From positions 1 to 48,385 of the forward strand of contig VEQW01000001.1 in NCBI GenBank assembly GCA_018883025.1: DNA of 48,385 nucleotides, in the 5' to 3' direction. Position 1 is the stretch's first letter; the number at the start of each line of letters is the position of its first letter. Shown here piece after piece: positions 16,765 through 24,391 of the stretch. The position numbers were made by a program, and so were the translations under genes. The notes beneath the pieces are model-generated. The model did no database searches, had not been told where the DNA came from, and saw only the letters and a list, made by a program, of their open reading frames with translations. The DNA comes from Solirubrobacterales bacterium (lineage in GTDB: Bacteria > Actinomycetota > Thermoleophilia > Solirubrobacterales > 70-9).

Positions 16765-18183
16765 TCAGGTCCCGGCCAGCGACTCCTTCTCGTCGACCCG
16801 CTCGACGTCGAGGCCCCCGCTTCCGGGACCCGGGTCCTTGAACATCCTCATCGCCCAGGCGGCCGCCAGCGCCAGGAGGATGATCGCGGCACCGATCAGT
16901 GCGGTCTCGGACATGCTGTCGGCGAAGACCTTCAGCCCTTCGGTCAACTCGGCCGCCGGCAGGGTCGAGGAGTCGGCCGGATGCTGGATCTGCTGGTAGA
17001 CCTTCTCCGCCTCGCCTGTGGCGTACTTCGCTCCGAGCGCACCGAGGATCAGGGCGTTGGTGATCGCACCGAGGATCATCGAGCCGACCACGTTCCCGGC
17101 CTGGGAGGCAACGGTCATGGTGCCCGAGATCATCCCCCTCTGCACTGGATCGGCATCGGCGATCGCGTGCACGTTGACCGGGGTGGTCGCGAGGTTCACG
17201 GCAATACCGAGGACGAACATCGGAACCACGATCAGGGCGTAGGACTCGACCGTCAGGGCGACCGCCACCAACCCGAGGCAGGCCGCAACGAGCAGGAAAC
17301 CGACGATCGTCGGGGGACGCCAGCCGATCTTGTCCTTGAGCCTGCCCGCCAGGAGGCCACCGATCGCGATGCCGAGGATTCCCGGGATCATCGCCAGGCC
17401 GGCCGTGAGCGGGGAGAAACCGAGGACGCTCTGGAAGTAGATCCCCGAGTAGATGAAGACCCAGATCAACGGCAGCCGAATCCAGAAGATCAGGAACAGG
17501 CCGGCACGGAGCGAGGGCCGTTTGAGCATCTCCATCGTGACCAGCCGCTTCTTGTTGCGATCGATCCCCTCCCCTGCCGCTCGCAGGAAGACGTGGTTGA
17601 GGATCAGGAGCGGAACGATGATGATCGGGTTGACCAGGAAGATCCACTCCCAGGCGACCAGGTCGACTATCGCCCCGCCCGCGAGGGGGCCAACGGCGAG
17701 CCCGACCGCACTGACCGCCGCGTAGACCCCGAAGGCGGTTCCGGTCTTCCCTTCCGGGGCGACCCGGGTGACCAGGGCCTGGATGCATGGCATGAGGATC
17801 GCGGCACCGACGCCCTGGACTACCCGGCCGCCGATGATCATCGGGGCGTCCGTGGCCAGACCGCACATCAGCGACCCGACACCGAATACCACCAGGCCGA
17901 TGTTCATTCCCCTCAGCTGGCCGATTCGGTCGCCGAGCATCCCGCCGGGGATCAGAAGGACGGTGAAGGCAATCAGGTAGGCGTTGACCACCCACTGGCC
18001 TTCGGAGGGAGTGAGCCCGAGGTCCTCCTCGACCGTTGGCAGGGCTACCGAGATGATCGTCAGGTCGATCGCCGTGACCAGGCTGGCCATCGCCAGTACG
18101 AAGATCGAGACCTTCCAGCCGCTTGCCGAGAGACCTGCGCCCTCTCCCTTGCCCCCTTCCGGGCCGGTTTCAGACGTAGCCAT
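16765..18183 (-). CDS. MFS transporter (DHA2 / EmrB-QacA-like, 14-TMS type)
   Basis: 472 aa and highly hydrophobic throughout. N-terminal MFS pattern FVLAMASLVTAIDLTIISVALPTVEEDLGL...WVVNAYLIAFTVLLIPGGMLGDRIGQ, which is motif A-like. Confidence 0.85.
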   Translation of the reverse strand: MATSETGPEGGKGEGAGLSASGWKVSIFVLAMASLVTAIDLTIISVALPTVEEDLGLTPSEGQWVVNAYLIAFTVLLIPGGMLGDRIGQLRGMNIGLVVFGVGSLMCGLATDAPMIIGGRVVQGVGAAILMPCIQALVTRVAPEGKTGTAFGVYAAVSAVGLAVGPLAGGAIVDLVAWEWIFLVNPIIIVPLLILNHVFLRAAGEGIDRNKKRLVTMEMLKRPSLRAGLFLIFWIRLPLIWVFIYSGIYFQSVLGFSPLTAGLAMIPGILGIAIGGLLAGRLKDKIGWRPPTIVGFLLVAACLGLVAVALTVESYALIVVPMFVLGIAVNLATTPVNVHAIADADPVQRGMISGTMTVASQAGNVVGSMILGAITNALILGALGAKYATGEAEKVYQQIQHPADSSTLPAAELTEGLKVFADSMSETALIGAAIILLALAAAWAMRMFKDPGPGSGGLDVERVDEKESLAGT

Positions 18184-19051
18184 TGGCGGTCAGCCTCTCC
18201 CCGAACACGGCCTCCATCGCTTCGACCTCTTTCCCGGTCATGTGGTCCCGCCAGGAGCCGGGCTTGGCGAACCTGATCTCCCGACCGCTCCCCTTCTCCG
18301 TCTCCGGAACGTTTCGGTGGGCCTCGGCCTCGACCATCGCGGCGACCAGCTTGGGATCCCGGTCGAGGTCCAGGACCGAGAGGATCCCCGGCACTACCGT
18401 CTCGGGATCGGCCAGCAGGTCCTCGTACCGGACCTTGAGCCGGCGGTCGGGATCATGGGCGTCATAGGCGGCCTGGACCGCCTCCGTCCGGTACTTCCAG
18501 ACCGCGGCCTGCCACCGGATGAACCCGATCCGGTCCTCCTGGGTCACCGCGTAGGCACCGTCGGTCGAGGCCCAGGTCCCTTCCCGATAGGCGTCGAGCC
18601 AGGAGTCGACGACGTCGCGACCGTCGCGGAGCAGGAAGACGAGCCTCGACCCGGGGGTTATCGAAATCAGGTCCGAGGCCATGTGGGAGCCGCCCGGCTC
18701 CTTTACGACGACCCGGGTCCGCGGGTTCCGCCAATCCGGTCGGTCCCCGTCGAGCTGGTGGACCAGACGGTCGTGGAAGAGCCGCTCGAGCCCGGACCTC
18801 CAGACCTCCTCGTACTCGCGGTTGAAGAAGTAGTCGCGGCGGTCCTCCTTGATCGCCTTGAAGGTGGTCAGTGGAGGTGGCTCCACCGACTGCCAGGCGA
18901 GGGCGATCGGCCGCCAGACGCCGAGATGGTGGCCCAGGCCGGTCTCGTTGATCCCGACGACGTCGGGATGGTGGCGAAGCATCCGGAGCAGCCAGGTGGA
19001 CCCGCTGCGGGATGAGCCAAAGATCCAGGTCAGGTCGGGGCGCTCCTCCAC
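18170..19051 (-). CDS. Sulfotransferase family protein (Stf0/Sulfotransfer_3-like)
   Basis: P-loop-like PAPS motif IFGSSRSGSTWLLRML. Second motif LVFLLRDGRDVVDSW. GTG start. The stop overlaps the MFS start by 14 nt. Confidence 0.75.
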   Translation of the reverse strand: MEERPDLTWIFGSSRSGSTWLLRMLRHHPDVVGINETGLGHHLGVWRPIALAWQSVEPPPLTTFKAIKEDRRDYFFNREYEEVWRSGLERLFHDRLVHQLDGDRPDWRNPRTRVVVKEPGGSHMASDLISITPGSRLVFLLRDGRDVVDSWLDAYREGTWASTDGAYAVTQEDRIGFIRWQAAVWKYRTEAVQAAYDAHDPDRRLKVRYEDLLADPETVVPGILSVLDLDRDPKLVAAMVEAEAHRNVPETEKGSGREIRFAKPGSWRDHMTGKEVEAMEAVFGERLTANGYV

Positions 19052-19147
19052 GGCGACGAGATCGTAGCGCCAAACAGACGGCCCGTTGCGAAGTCGACGG
19101 ACCCGACCAGGTCGGAGGGACGGACCGACCCGACCGAGCCGGCGCTA

Positions 19148-19221
19148 TCGGGGCGCCCGGATTTGAACCGGGGACCTCACCGACCCGAACGGTGCGCGCT
19201 ACCAGGCTGCGCCACGCCCCG
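19148..19221 (-). tRNA. tRNA-Pro (anticodon CGG)
   Basis: Minus-strand sequence CGGGGCGTGGCGCAGCCTGGTAGCGCGCACCGTTCGGGTCGGTGAGGTCCCCGGTTCAAATCCGGGCGCCCCGA folds as a cloverleaf. Acceptor stem is 7 bp with C1-G72, D stem GCGC/GCGC, anticodon stem CACCG/CGGTG with loop TTCGGGT (CGG, G37), and T arm CCCGG-TTCAAAT-CCGGG. CCA is not encoded. Confidence 0.9.
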
Positions 19222-19259
19222 AGCGGAGTGACCCTACCGGACCGGCGAGGCCCGGCGAC

Positions 19260-19997
19260 CTACCGGACGGCCTCGATCGCGGTGCGGACCCGTTCGAGTC
19301 CTGGCGAGTCCTGGAGCACCTCCGTGCCGGATGGCCCGGCAACCACCATCGCCGGTTCGGCCCGCAGCCCCAGGTCGATCGCGATCTTGTCGTACTCCTC
19401 CAGCCTCCGGGTCGTGGCACTGTCGGGCTCGATCCCCCGCTCGAAGTCCCTCTTCCAGATCGGCAGCTCCATGCGCTCGACCCCCTCGGCCAGGTCCGAA
19501 AGGAGCTCCTCGTCGATCCTTCCTGCTTCCTCGGCCAGGTCGAAGTTCCGGACCATCAGGTAGGCGAAGTTCCACCCTGCATCCTGGGCCGCTGCTGCCT
19601 CGACCCCGTAGAAACTGATCTGGGTCGGGTTCCGGGTCAGCGACCGATTCCTGAAGAGCATCTGGACATCACCATTCCGGACCTCGGTCTCGACCAGGTC
19701 CGGGACCACGGCAAGGAAGTTCTCCCTTCCCGGAATGCTCTGGACATCGGTGAAGTACTGGATCTGGACCGGGGCATCACCGAACCCGAGCCTGTCACCG
19801 AGCTGGCGGACTCCACCGAAGATCCGCTGGGCATCGGTCGTTCCCTCGACCCTCACGTACTCGTTCGATGGCTCCTTGGTCGCCAACCCGATGATCCCGA
19901 CCAGCAGGGCTCCTCCGGCGACGATCAGCGCGAGCAGGATCCAGAACCGGCCCGGCCGGGCTCCGGTCGGCGACTCCGTGCCCTGCTCCCCGTTCAC
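19260..19997 (-). CDS. Membrane-anchored DsbA/thioredoxin-like protein lacking the CxxC active site
   Basis: N-terminal TM anchor FWILLALIVAGGALLVGIIGL. GDAPVQIQYFTDVQSIPGRENF aligns with the DsbA-family G.adAPV.ivEFsDfqCPyCarF block, with SIPG in place of CPxC. The protein has no cysteine at all. Confidence 0.55.
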   Translation of the reverse strand: MNGEQGTESPTGARPGRFWILLALIVAGGALLVGIIGLATKEPSNEYVRVEGTTDAQRIFGGVRQLGDRLGFGDAPVQIQYFTDVQSIPGRENFLAVVPDLVETEVRNGDVQMLFRNRSLTRNPTQISFYGVEAAAAQDAGWNFAYLMVRNFDLAEEAGRIDEELLSDLAEGVERMELPIWKRDFERGIEPDSATTRRLEEYDKIAIDLGLRAEPAMVVAGPSGTEVLQDSPGLERVRTAIEAVR

Positions 19998-20275
19998 CCA
20001 GCGACCGACTTGTAGTACCGGACGGCCAGGCCGGTCAGCAACGTTCGGAAGGCTTCCTCGAGTCCGACCCCGCTCTCTTCCGAATAGCGCCTCAAGCCGG
20101 TCTCCTCGATCTCCAGGCTGAGCTCGATCAGCTCCTCGACCAGCTCGGGATTGGTGTCGGAGAACCAGGCCCCGATCGAGTAGAGGTCGGTATCCATCAG
20201 CGACTCGATGAAGACATCGCCGTCTCCCGCTGGTGCGGCTGCGCCGGTTCTCTCGGTCTCGGCCACTGGGAACAT
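19994..20275 (-). CDS. Small acidic hypothetical protein
   Basis: 93-aa ORF whose stop overlaps the downstream DsbA-like start by 4 nt. It has coding-like composition (ELVEELIELSLEIEETGLRRYSEESG) but no recognisable family. Confidence 0.4.
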   Translation of the reverse strand: MFPVAETERTGAAAPAGDGDVFIESLMDTDLYSIGAWFSDTNPELVEELIELSLEIEETGLRRYSEESGVGLEEAFRTLLTGLAVRYYKSVAG

Positions 20276-20328
20276 CCTAGGGGCCCGACGACCGTGCCCG
20301 GCAGCCGGTCTGGCGGTATGGTCGCCCG

Positions 20329-21093
20329 ATGGCGGAGCGCGATCGGATCATCTCCTTCTGCGACCAGCTTCTCGAGGTGGGGGAATCCGACGATTGGTGC
20401 CCCAACGGCCTGCAGGTCCCTGGGTCCCGGGAGGTGACCGGGGTCGCAACGGCAGTGTCGGCCCATCTGGAGTCGATCGAGGCTGCCATCCAGTCCGGGG
20501 CGGAGCTCCTGATCTGCCACCACGGCCTTTTCTGGGACTTCCACCCGAGCGCCCTGACCGAGCCGATGGCGGCGAGGCTGAAGGCAGCCCTGGAAGCCGA
20601 TCTCTCGATAGCCGCCTACCACCTGCCGCTCGACGCCAGCCCGGTGACCGGGAACAACGCCCTGCTCTGTCGGGAGCTCGGGGCCGAGCCCGAACCGGCC
20701 AGACTGGGAGAGGCCAAGGGGAGCTTCGTCGGGATGGTCGGCCGCTTTCCCGAGCCCCTGGCCCTGGCCGAGCTGATCGACCGGGTAAGCGCTGCGACCG
20801 GGGGCAGGGAACCCTTGACCTTCGATGCCGGGCCGGATCCGGTCGGCACGCTCGGAGTGGTCAGCGGTGCAGCTGCCTCTGCCGTCCACGAGGCAATCGC
20901 GCTCGGTCTGGATGCCTTCATCACCGGGGAGCCGGCCGAGCACGTGATGGCCGATGCAAGGGAAGGCGGGATAAACTTTCTCGCGGCCGGTCATTACGCG
21001 ACCGAGGTGCCCGGGATAAGGAATCTCGGGCTGCTGGTGGCCCAGGAGTTCGGGGTCGAGGAGGAGTTCATCGACATACCGAACCCGGTCTAG
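20329..21093 (+). CDS. Nif3-like dinuclear metal centre protein (YbgI / GTP cyclohydrolase I type 2 family)
   Basis: ...ESDDWCPNGLQVPGSREVTGVATAVSAHLESIEAAIQSGAELLICHHGLFW... and the C-terminal block FITGEPAEHVMADAREGGINFLAAGHYATE are typical NIF3 blocks. Confidence 0.85.
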   Translation: MAERDRIISFCDQLLEVGESDDWCPNGLQVPGSREVTGVATAVSAHLESIEAAIQSGAELLICHHGLFWDFHPSALTEPMAARLKAALEADLSIAAYHLPLDASPVTGNNALLCRELGAEPEPARLGEAKGSFVGMVGRFPEPLALAELIDRVSAATGGREPLTFDAGPDPVGTLGVVSGAAASAVHEAIALGLDAFITGEPAEHVMADAREGGINFLAAGHYATEVPGIRNLGLLVAQEFGVEEEFIDIPNPV

Positions 21094-21126
21094 AGGGGTC
21101 ACCGCCGCCCAGGGGGACTGGAAAAC

Positions 21127-22932
21127 GTGACGAAGGGAGACCCGTTGACCACCACCGCGACAGCCACCACGAAGTCGAACACCCTGGCCGACCTGCTCAC
21201 GGTCGCAGCAGCAGAGCGTCCGGGCGCCGACGTCTTCATGTTCAAGACGGACGCCGGCACCTGGCAGACGACCACCTTCTCCGAGGCCCTGACACGGGTC
21301 GAGAACCTGGCCCTCGGCCTGATGGACTGGGGTGTCCAGCGTGGCGACCGGGTGGCGATCCTCGGCAACACCCGACCCGAGTGGACGATCGCCGACCTCG
21401 GTGCGATGTCCGCCGGGGCGACGGTGGTCCCGATCTACCAGACCAACTCCCCCGCCGAGTGCCAATACGTGCTCGAACACTCCGGATCACGGGTGGTGAT
21501 CGTCGAGGACGAGTCCCAGTTGGCCAAGGTCCGGGAAATCCGGGACTCCCTCCCGGAACTCGAGCTGATCGTGATGATGACCGGCTCGGCCGAGGACGCG
21601 ACGACGATGGGGGAGCTCGAGAAGAAGGGTGCCGACGGAGACCGGGCGGCCCTGGAGCAGAGGATCTCCGAGGTCACCCCGGATGACTTCTGCAAGATCG
21701 TCTACACCTCCGGCACCACCGGGCCGCCCAAGGGATGCCTGATCTCCCACGGGAACTACCGGGCGATGCTCGACATGGCCGACGAGGTCGACATCCTCGG
21801 GCCGGGTGAGAAGACCTACATCTACCTTCCGCTCGCCCACGTCTTCGCCCTCTTGCTCCAGTACGGCGTGATCGACGTCGGCGGCTGCCTCGCCTACTGG
21901 GAGCGCGATTCGGCCAAGATCATCCCCAACCTGGCCGAGGTGAGGCCCGAGAACTTCCCCTCGGTACCCCGGATATTCGAGAAGGTCCACGACATCGCAA
22001 AGGCGAGCGGGGCCGAAGGGGGACTGAAGGGAGCGATCTTCAACTGGGCGATCGGGGTCGGTACCGAGTACAACGAAGCGGTCGAGGCCGGCCGGGAGCC
22101 GGGAGCCTTGACCAAGATCAAGCACGGGATCGCCGACAAGCTCGTCCTGAGCAAGGTCCGGGACATCTTCGGAGGCAACGTCGAACTGGCCCTGACAGGC
22201 GCGGCGCCGATCGATCCCGAGATCATCACCTTCTTCCATGCAGCCGGGGTTCCGGTCTACGAGGCCTGGGGGATGACCGAGACCTCGACCGGGGGCACGA
22301 CCAACCTTCCTGGCAACTCGAAGGTCGGGACCGTCGGCAGGGCCCTCCCCGGGGTCGAGCTGAAGCTCTCCGACGAGGGTGAGCTGCTGGTCAAGGGCCC
22401 GAACGTCTTCAAGGGCTACTACAAGAACGAGGAGGCGACTCGCGAGACGATCCGGGACGGCTGGCTCCACACCGGCGACATCGCGACGATCGACAGTGAC
22501 GGATTCGTTTCGATCACCGGTCGCATAAAGGAGATCATCATCACCGCCGGTGGCAAGAACATCACCCCGGTGAACATCGAGGCGCAGGTCAAGCGCCACC
22601 CGCTGGTCGCCCAGTGCGTGGTCATCGGCGACAAGCGGCCCTACCTGGTCGCCCTGGTGACGATCGACCCCGAGGCCGCCGTCACCTACGCGCAGGAGAA
22701 GGGCAAGGACCCGGCCGAGCTCTACCGGGATCCGGAGGTCGTCGCCTCGATCGAGGCCCACGTCGACGAGGTGAACAGGGACCTCGCCCCGGTCCAGCAG
22801 GTCAAGAAGATCAAGCTCCTGCCCGAGGACCTGACCCAGGAGGCCGGCGAGCTCACCCCGACGCTCAAGCTGAAGCGACCGGTGATCGCCGAGATCCATT
22901 CGGCCGAGATCGAGGAGCTCTACGCGAAATAG
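21127..22932 (+). CDS. fadD: Long-chain fatty acid-CoA ligase (AMP-dependent synthetase/ligase)
   Basis: AMP-binding motif IVYTSGTTGPPKGCLISH. Further motifs YEAWGMTETS, GWLHTGDIATIDSDGFVSITGRIKEIIITAGGKNITP and a terminal KLKR. GTG start at 21127. Confidence 0.9.
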   Translation: MTKGDPLTTTATATTKSNTLADLLTVAAAERPGADVFMFKTDAGTWQTTTFSEALTRVENLALGLMDWGVQRGDRVAILGNTRPEWTIADLGAMSAGATVVPIYQTNSPAECQYVLEHSGSRVVIVEDESQLAKVREIRDSLPELELIVMMTGSAEDATTMGELEKKGADGDRAALEQRISEVTPDDFCKIVYTSGTTGPPKGCLISHGNYRAMLDMADEVDILGPGEKTYIYLPLAHVFALLLQYGVIDVGGCLAYWERDSAKIIPNLAEVRPENFPSVPRIFEKVHDIAKASGAEGGLKGAIFNWAIGVGTEYNEAVEAGREPGALTKIKHGIADKLVLSKVRDIFGGNVELALTGAAPIDPEIITFFHAAGVPVYEAWGMTETSTGGTTNLPGNSKVGTVGRALPGVELKLSDEGELLVKGPNVFKGYYKNEEATRETIRDGWLHTGDIATIDSDGFVSITGRIKEIIITAGGKNITPVNIEAQVKRHPLVAQCVVIGDKRPYLVALVTIDPEAAVTYAQEKGKDPAELYRDPEVVASIEAHVDEVNRDLAPVQQVKKIKLLPEDLTQEAGELTPTLKLKRPVIAEIHSAEIEELYAK

Positions 22933-22956
22933 GCCCGGCGGCCGGGTGCGCCCGGC

Positions 22957-24228
22957 TCAGCCGGTGGTGCGATCTGCGCCGGTCTGGCGCAGCAGAGAAC
23001 CGGTCGTCTGGTCGAAGATCCGACGCCAGACCGATGCCTCGCTCGACTCCTGTTCCTTGACCGTACGGATCACCTTCCTCAGCCGCGTCGCCGATATCTC
23101 GAGTCCGTGGCGCTCGGTGATCTGCTTGAACTCGTCGTAGTTGTCGGCCAAGCGGGCCGTCACCGACTCGAAGCCGTGGGCCGCGACGGCGAGACGGCTC
23201 GAGTAGTCCATGATCGAGGTACCGAACATCAGCTCGTCGTCCATCTCGGGTTCGATCAGCAGGATGTCGACTCCCGGGTACTTCTCGTTCCAGAACTGGA
23301 CCGCCATCTTCAGTCGCTGGTGGACGAGGAGCCTGAACGTCTGGTTGGCGATCGCCGGAAGGCCCATGTCGGCGATCCGCCTGACCTCCCTCCCCCCAGG
23401 GGTGGGGATTCCCTCCTCACGATCGTTCACGAGCGGGACGAGCGGGTTGACCACGACGATGAACTGGGCCCCGCGATCGACGGCCACGTCGACGTTGGTG
23501 GTCGAGTAGATGCCACCGTCTACCAGGACCCTTCCGTTCACCTCGACAGGCTCGTAGACCAGCGGCAGGGCGGTCGAGCACTGGACCGCCTTGGAGATCG
23601 GTACACCGCTCCACGATCCCTCGGACTCCCCGAGCACCACCCGCTCGCCGGAATCGATGTCGGTTGCCGTTATGTAGAGGTCCCGCTGGAGCGAATCGAA
23701 GGAGTCGTTGATCCCCTGGGTTGCGAGGGCCTCACGGACGTAGCCCTCGATCCCCTCGTTCGAATACAGGCCGGTCGGCAGGTGCTCGGCCAGGCCCCAG
23801 CCGACGTCCATCACCGAGATGTCCCTCGCCCTGGGGATCATGTTGCGGGCCATGCCTGCCAGGTGGGCCGGCAGCGAGACCGCCCGCCTCGCGTACTCGC
23901 CGAAGGTCGGTCGGAGCATCGTGTTCTGGGTCATCCGCTCGATCGGTGCGCCCTCCTCCTCGGTGAGGACGCGCAACATCTCGTCCGGGGTCACCCCGGC
24001 TGCGAGCATCGTGCTGACGAACGACCCGGCGCTGGTTCCGACGTACATGTCGAAGTCGTTGACCCCGGCGTTGACCGCGAGCAGGTCGAGGGCCCGGAGC
24101 GCCCCGATCTCGTAGGTCCCGCCGGTCAGTCCACCACCCCCGAGGACCAGTGCGGTCTTCGAGGGACGCTTACGCCTTTTCGACCCGCGCCGCTTCGGAC
24201 GCCGGTCGATGTCGACGACCTTGCCCAT
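22957..24228 (-). CDS. Patatin-like phospholipase (no cNMP domain)
   Basis: I set the start at ATG 24228 (MGKVVDIDRRPKRRGSKRRKRPSKTALVLGGGGLTGGTYEIGALRAL). GxSxG motif is VGTSAGSF and the catalytic Asp lies in VLVDGGIYSTTN. The 186 upstream codons of the tracked ORF (to 24786) are Arg/Pro/Ser-rich and overlap dacB on the other strand. Confidence 0.85.
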   Translation of the reverse strand: MGKVVDIDRRPKRRGSKRRKRPSKTALVLGGGGLTGGTYEIGALRALDLLAVNAGVNDFDMYVGTSAGSFVSTMLAAGVTPDEMLRVLTEEEGAPIERMTQNTMLRPTFGEYARRAVSLPAHLAGMARNMIPRARDISVMDVGWGLAEHLPTGLYSNEGIEGYVREALATQGINDSFDSLQRDLYITATDIDSGERVVLGESEGSWSGVPISKAVQCSTALPLVYEPVEVNGRVLVDGGIYSTTNVDVAVDRGAQFIVVVNPLVPLVNDREEGIPTPGGREVRRIADMGLPAIANQTFRLLVHQRLKMAVQFWNEKYPGVDILLIEPEMDDELMFGTSIMDYSSRLAVAAHGFESVTARLADNYDEFKQITERHGLEISATRLRKVIRTVKEQESSEASVWRRIFDQTTGSLLRQTGADRTTG

Positions 24229-24391
24229 CCCGCTCAGTATGCCAATCCGACGGGACGGGCGGAGGGAGGGGTAGCTCGTCTTCGAGGGGGGATGGGCGGC
24301 TCCGATCCAGCGAGGCGGTGGACGAAATCGATGCTTCGGGATTCGGCATCCAGAGCGGAACCCTGGCCTCCCGGCTAGATTCCGCGGGGCC

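Noticed and set aside
16646-18276. ORFs 16646..17995 (-) and 16981..18276 (+), overlapping the MFS transporter
   Set aside because: The translations are Arg/Pro/Asp/Gly-rich and not membrane-like. The 16765..18183 frame gives a coherent multi-TM MFS protein.
19052-19259. Integrase, att repeats or IS elements next to tRNA-Pro
   Set aside because: I looked on both sides. I found no integrase or transposase-like ORF and no obvious duplicate of the tRNA 3' end, so no mobile-element call is made.
20197-22899. ORFs 20197..21480 (-), 20208..21686 (+) and 21487..22899 (-), overlapping NIF3 and fadD
   Set aside because: These are off-frame or antisense shadows. NIF3 and the AMP-binding ligase motifs are found only in the frames I annotated.
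22933-22956. GC-rich near-palindrome between the converging fadD and patatin genes; possible bidirectional terminator
   Set aside because: The arms do not pair cleanly when written out (cccggcggccggg is not self-complementary), and there is no T-tract on either strand.
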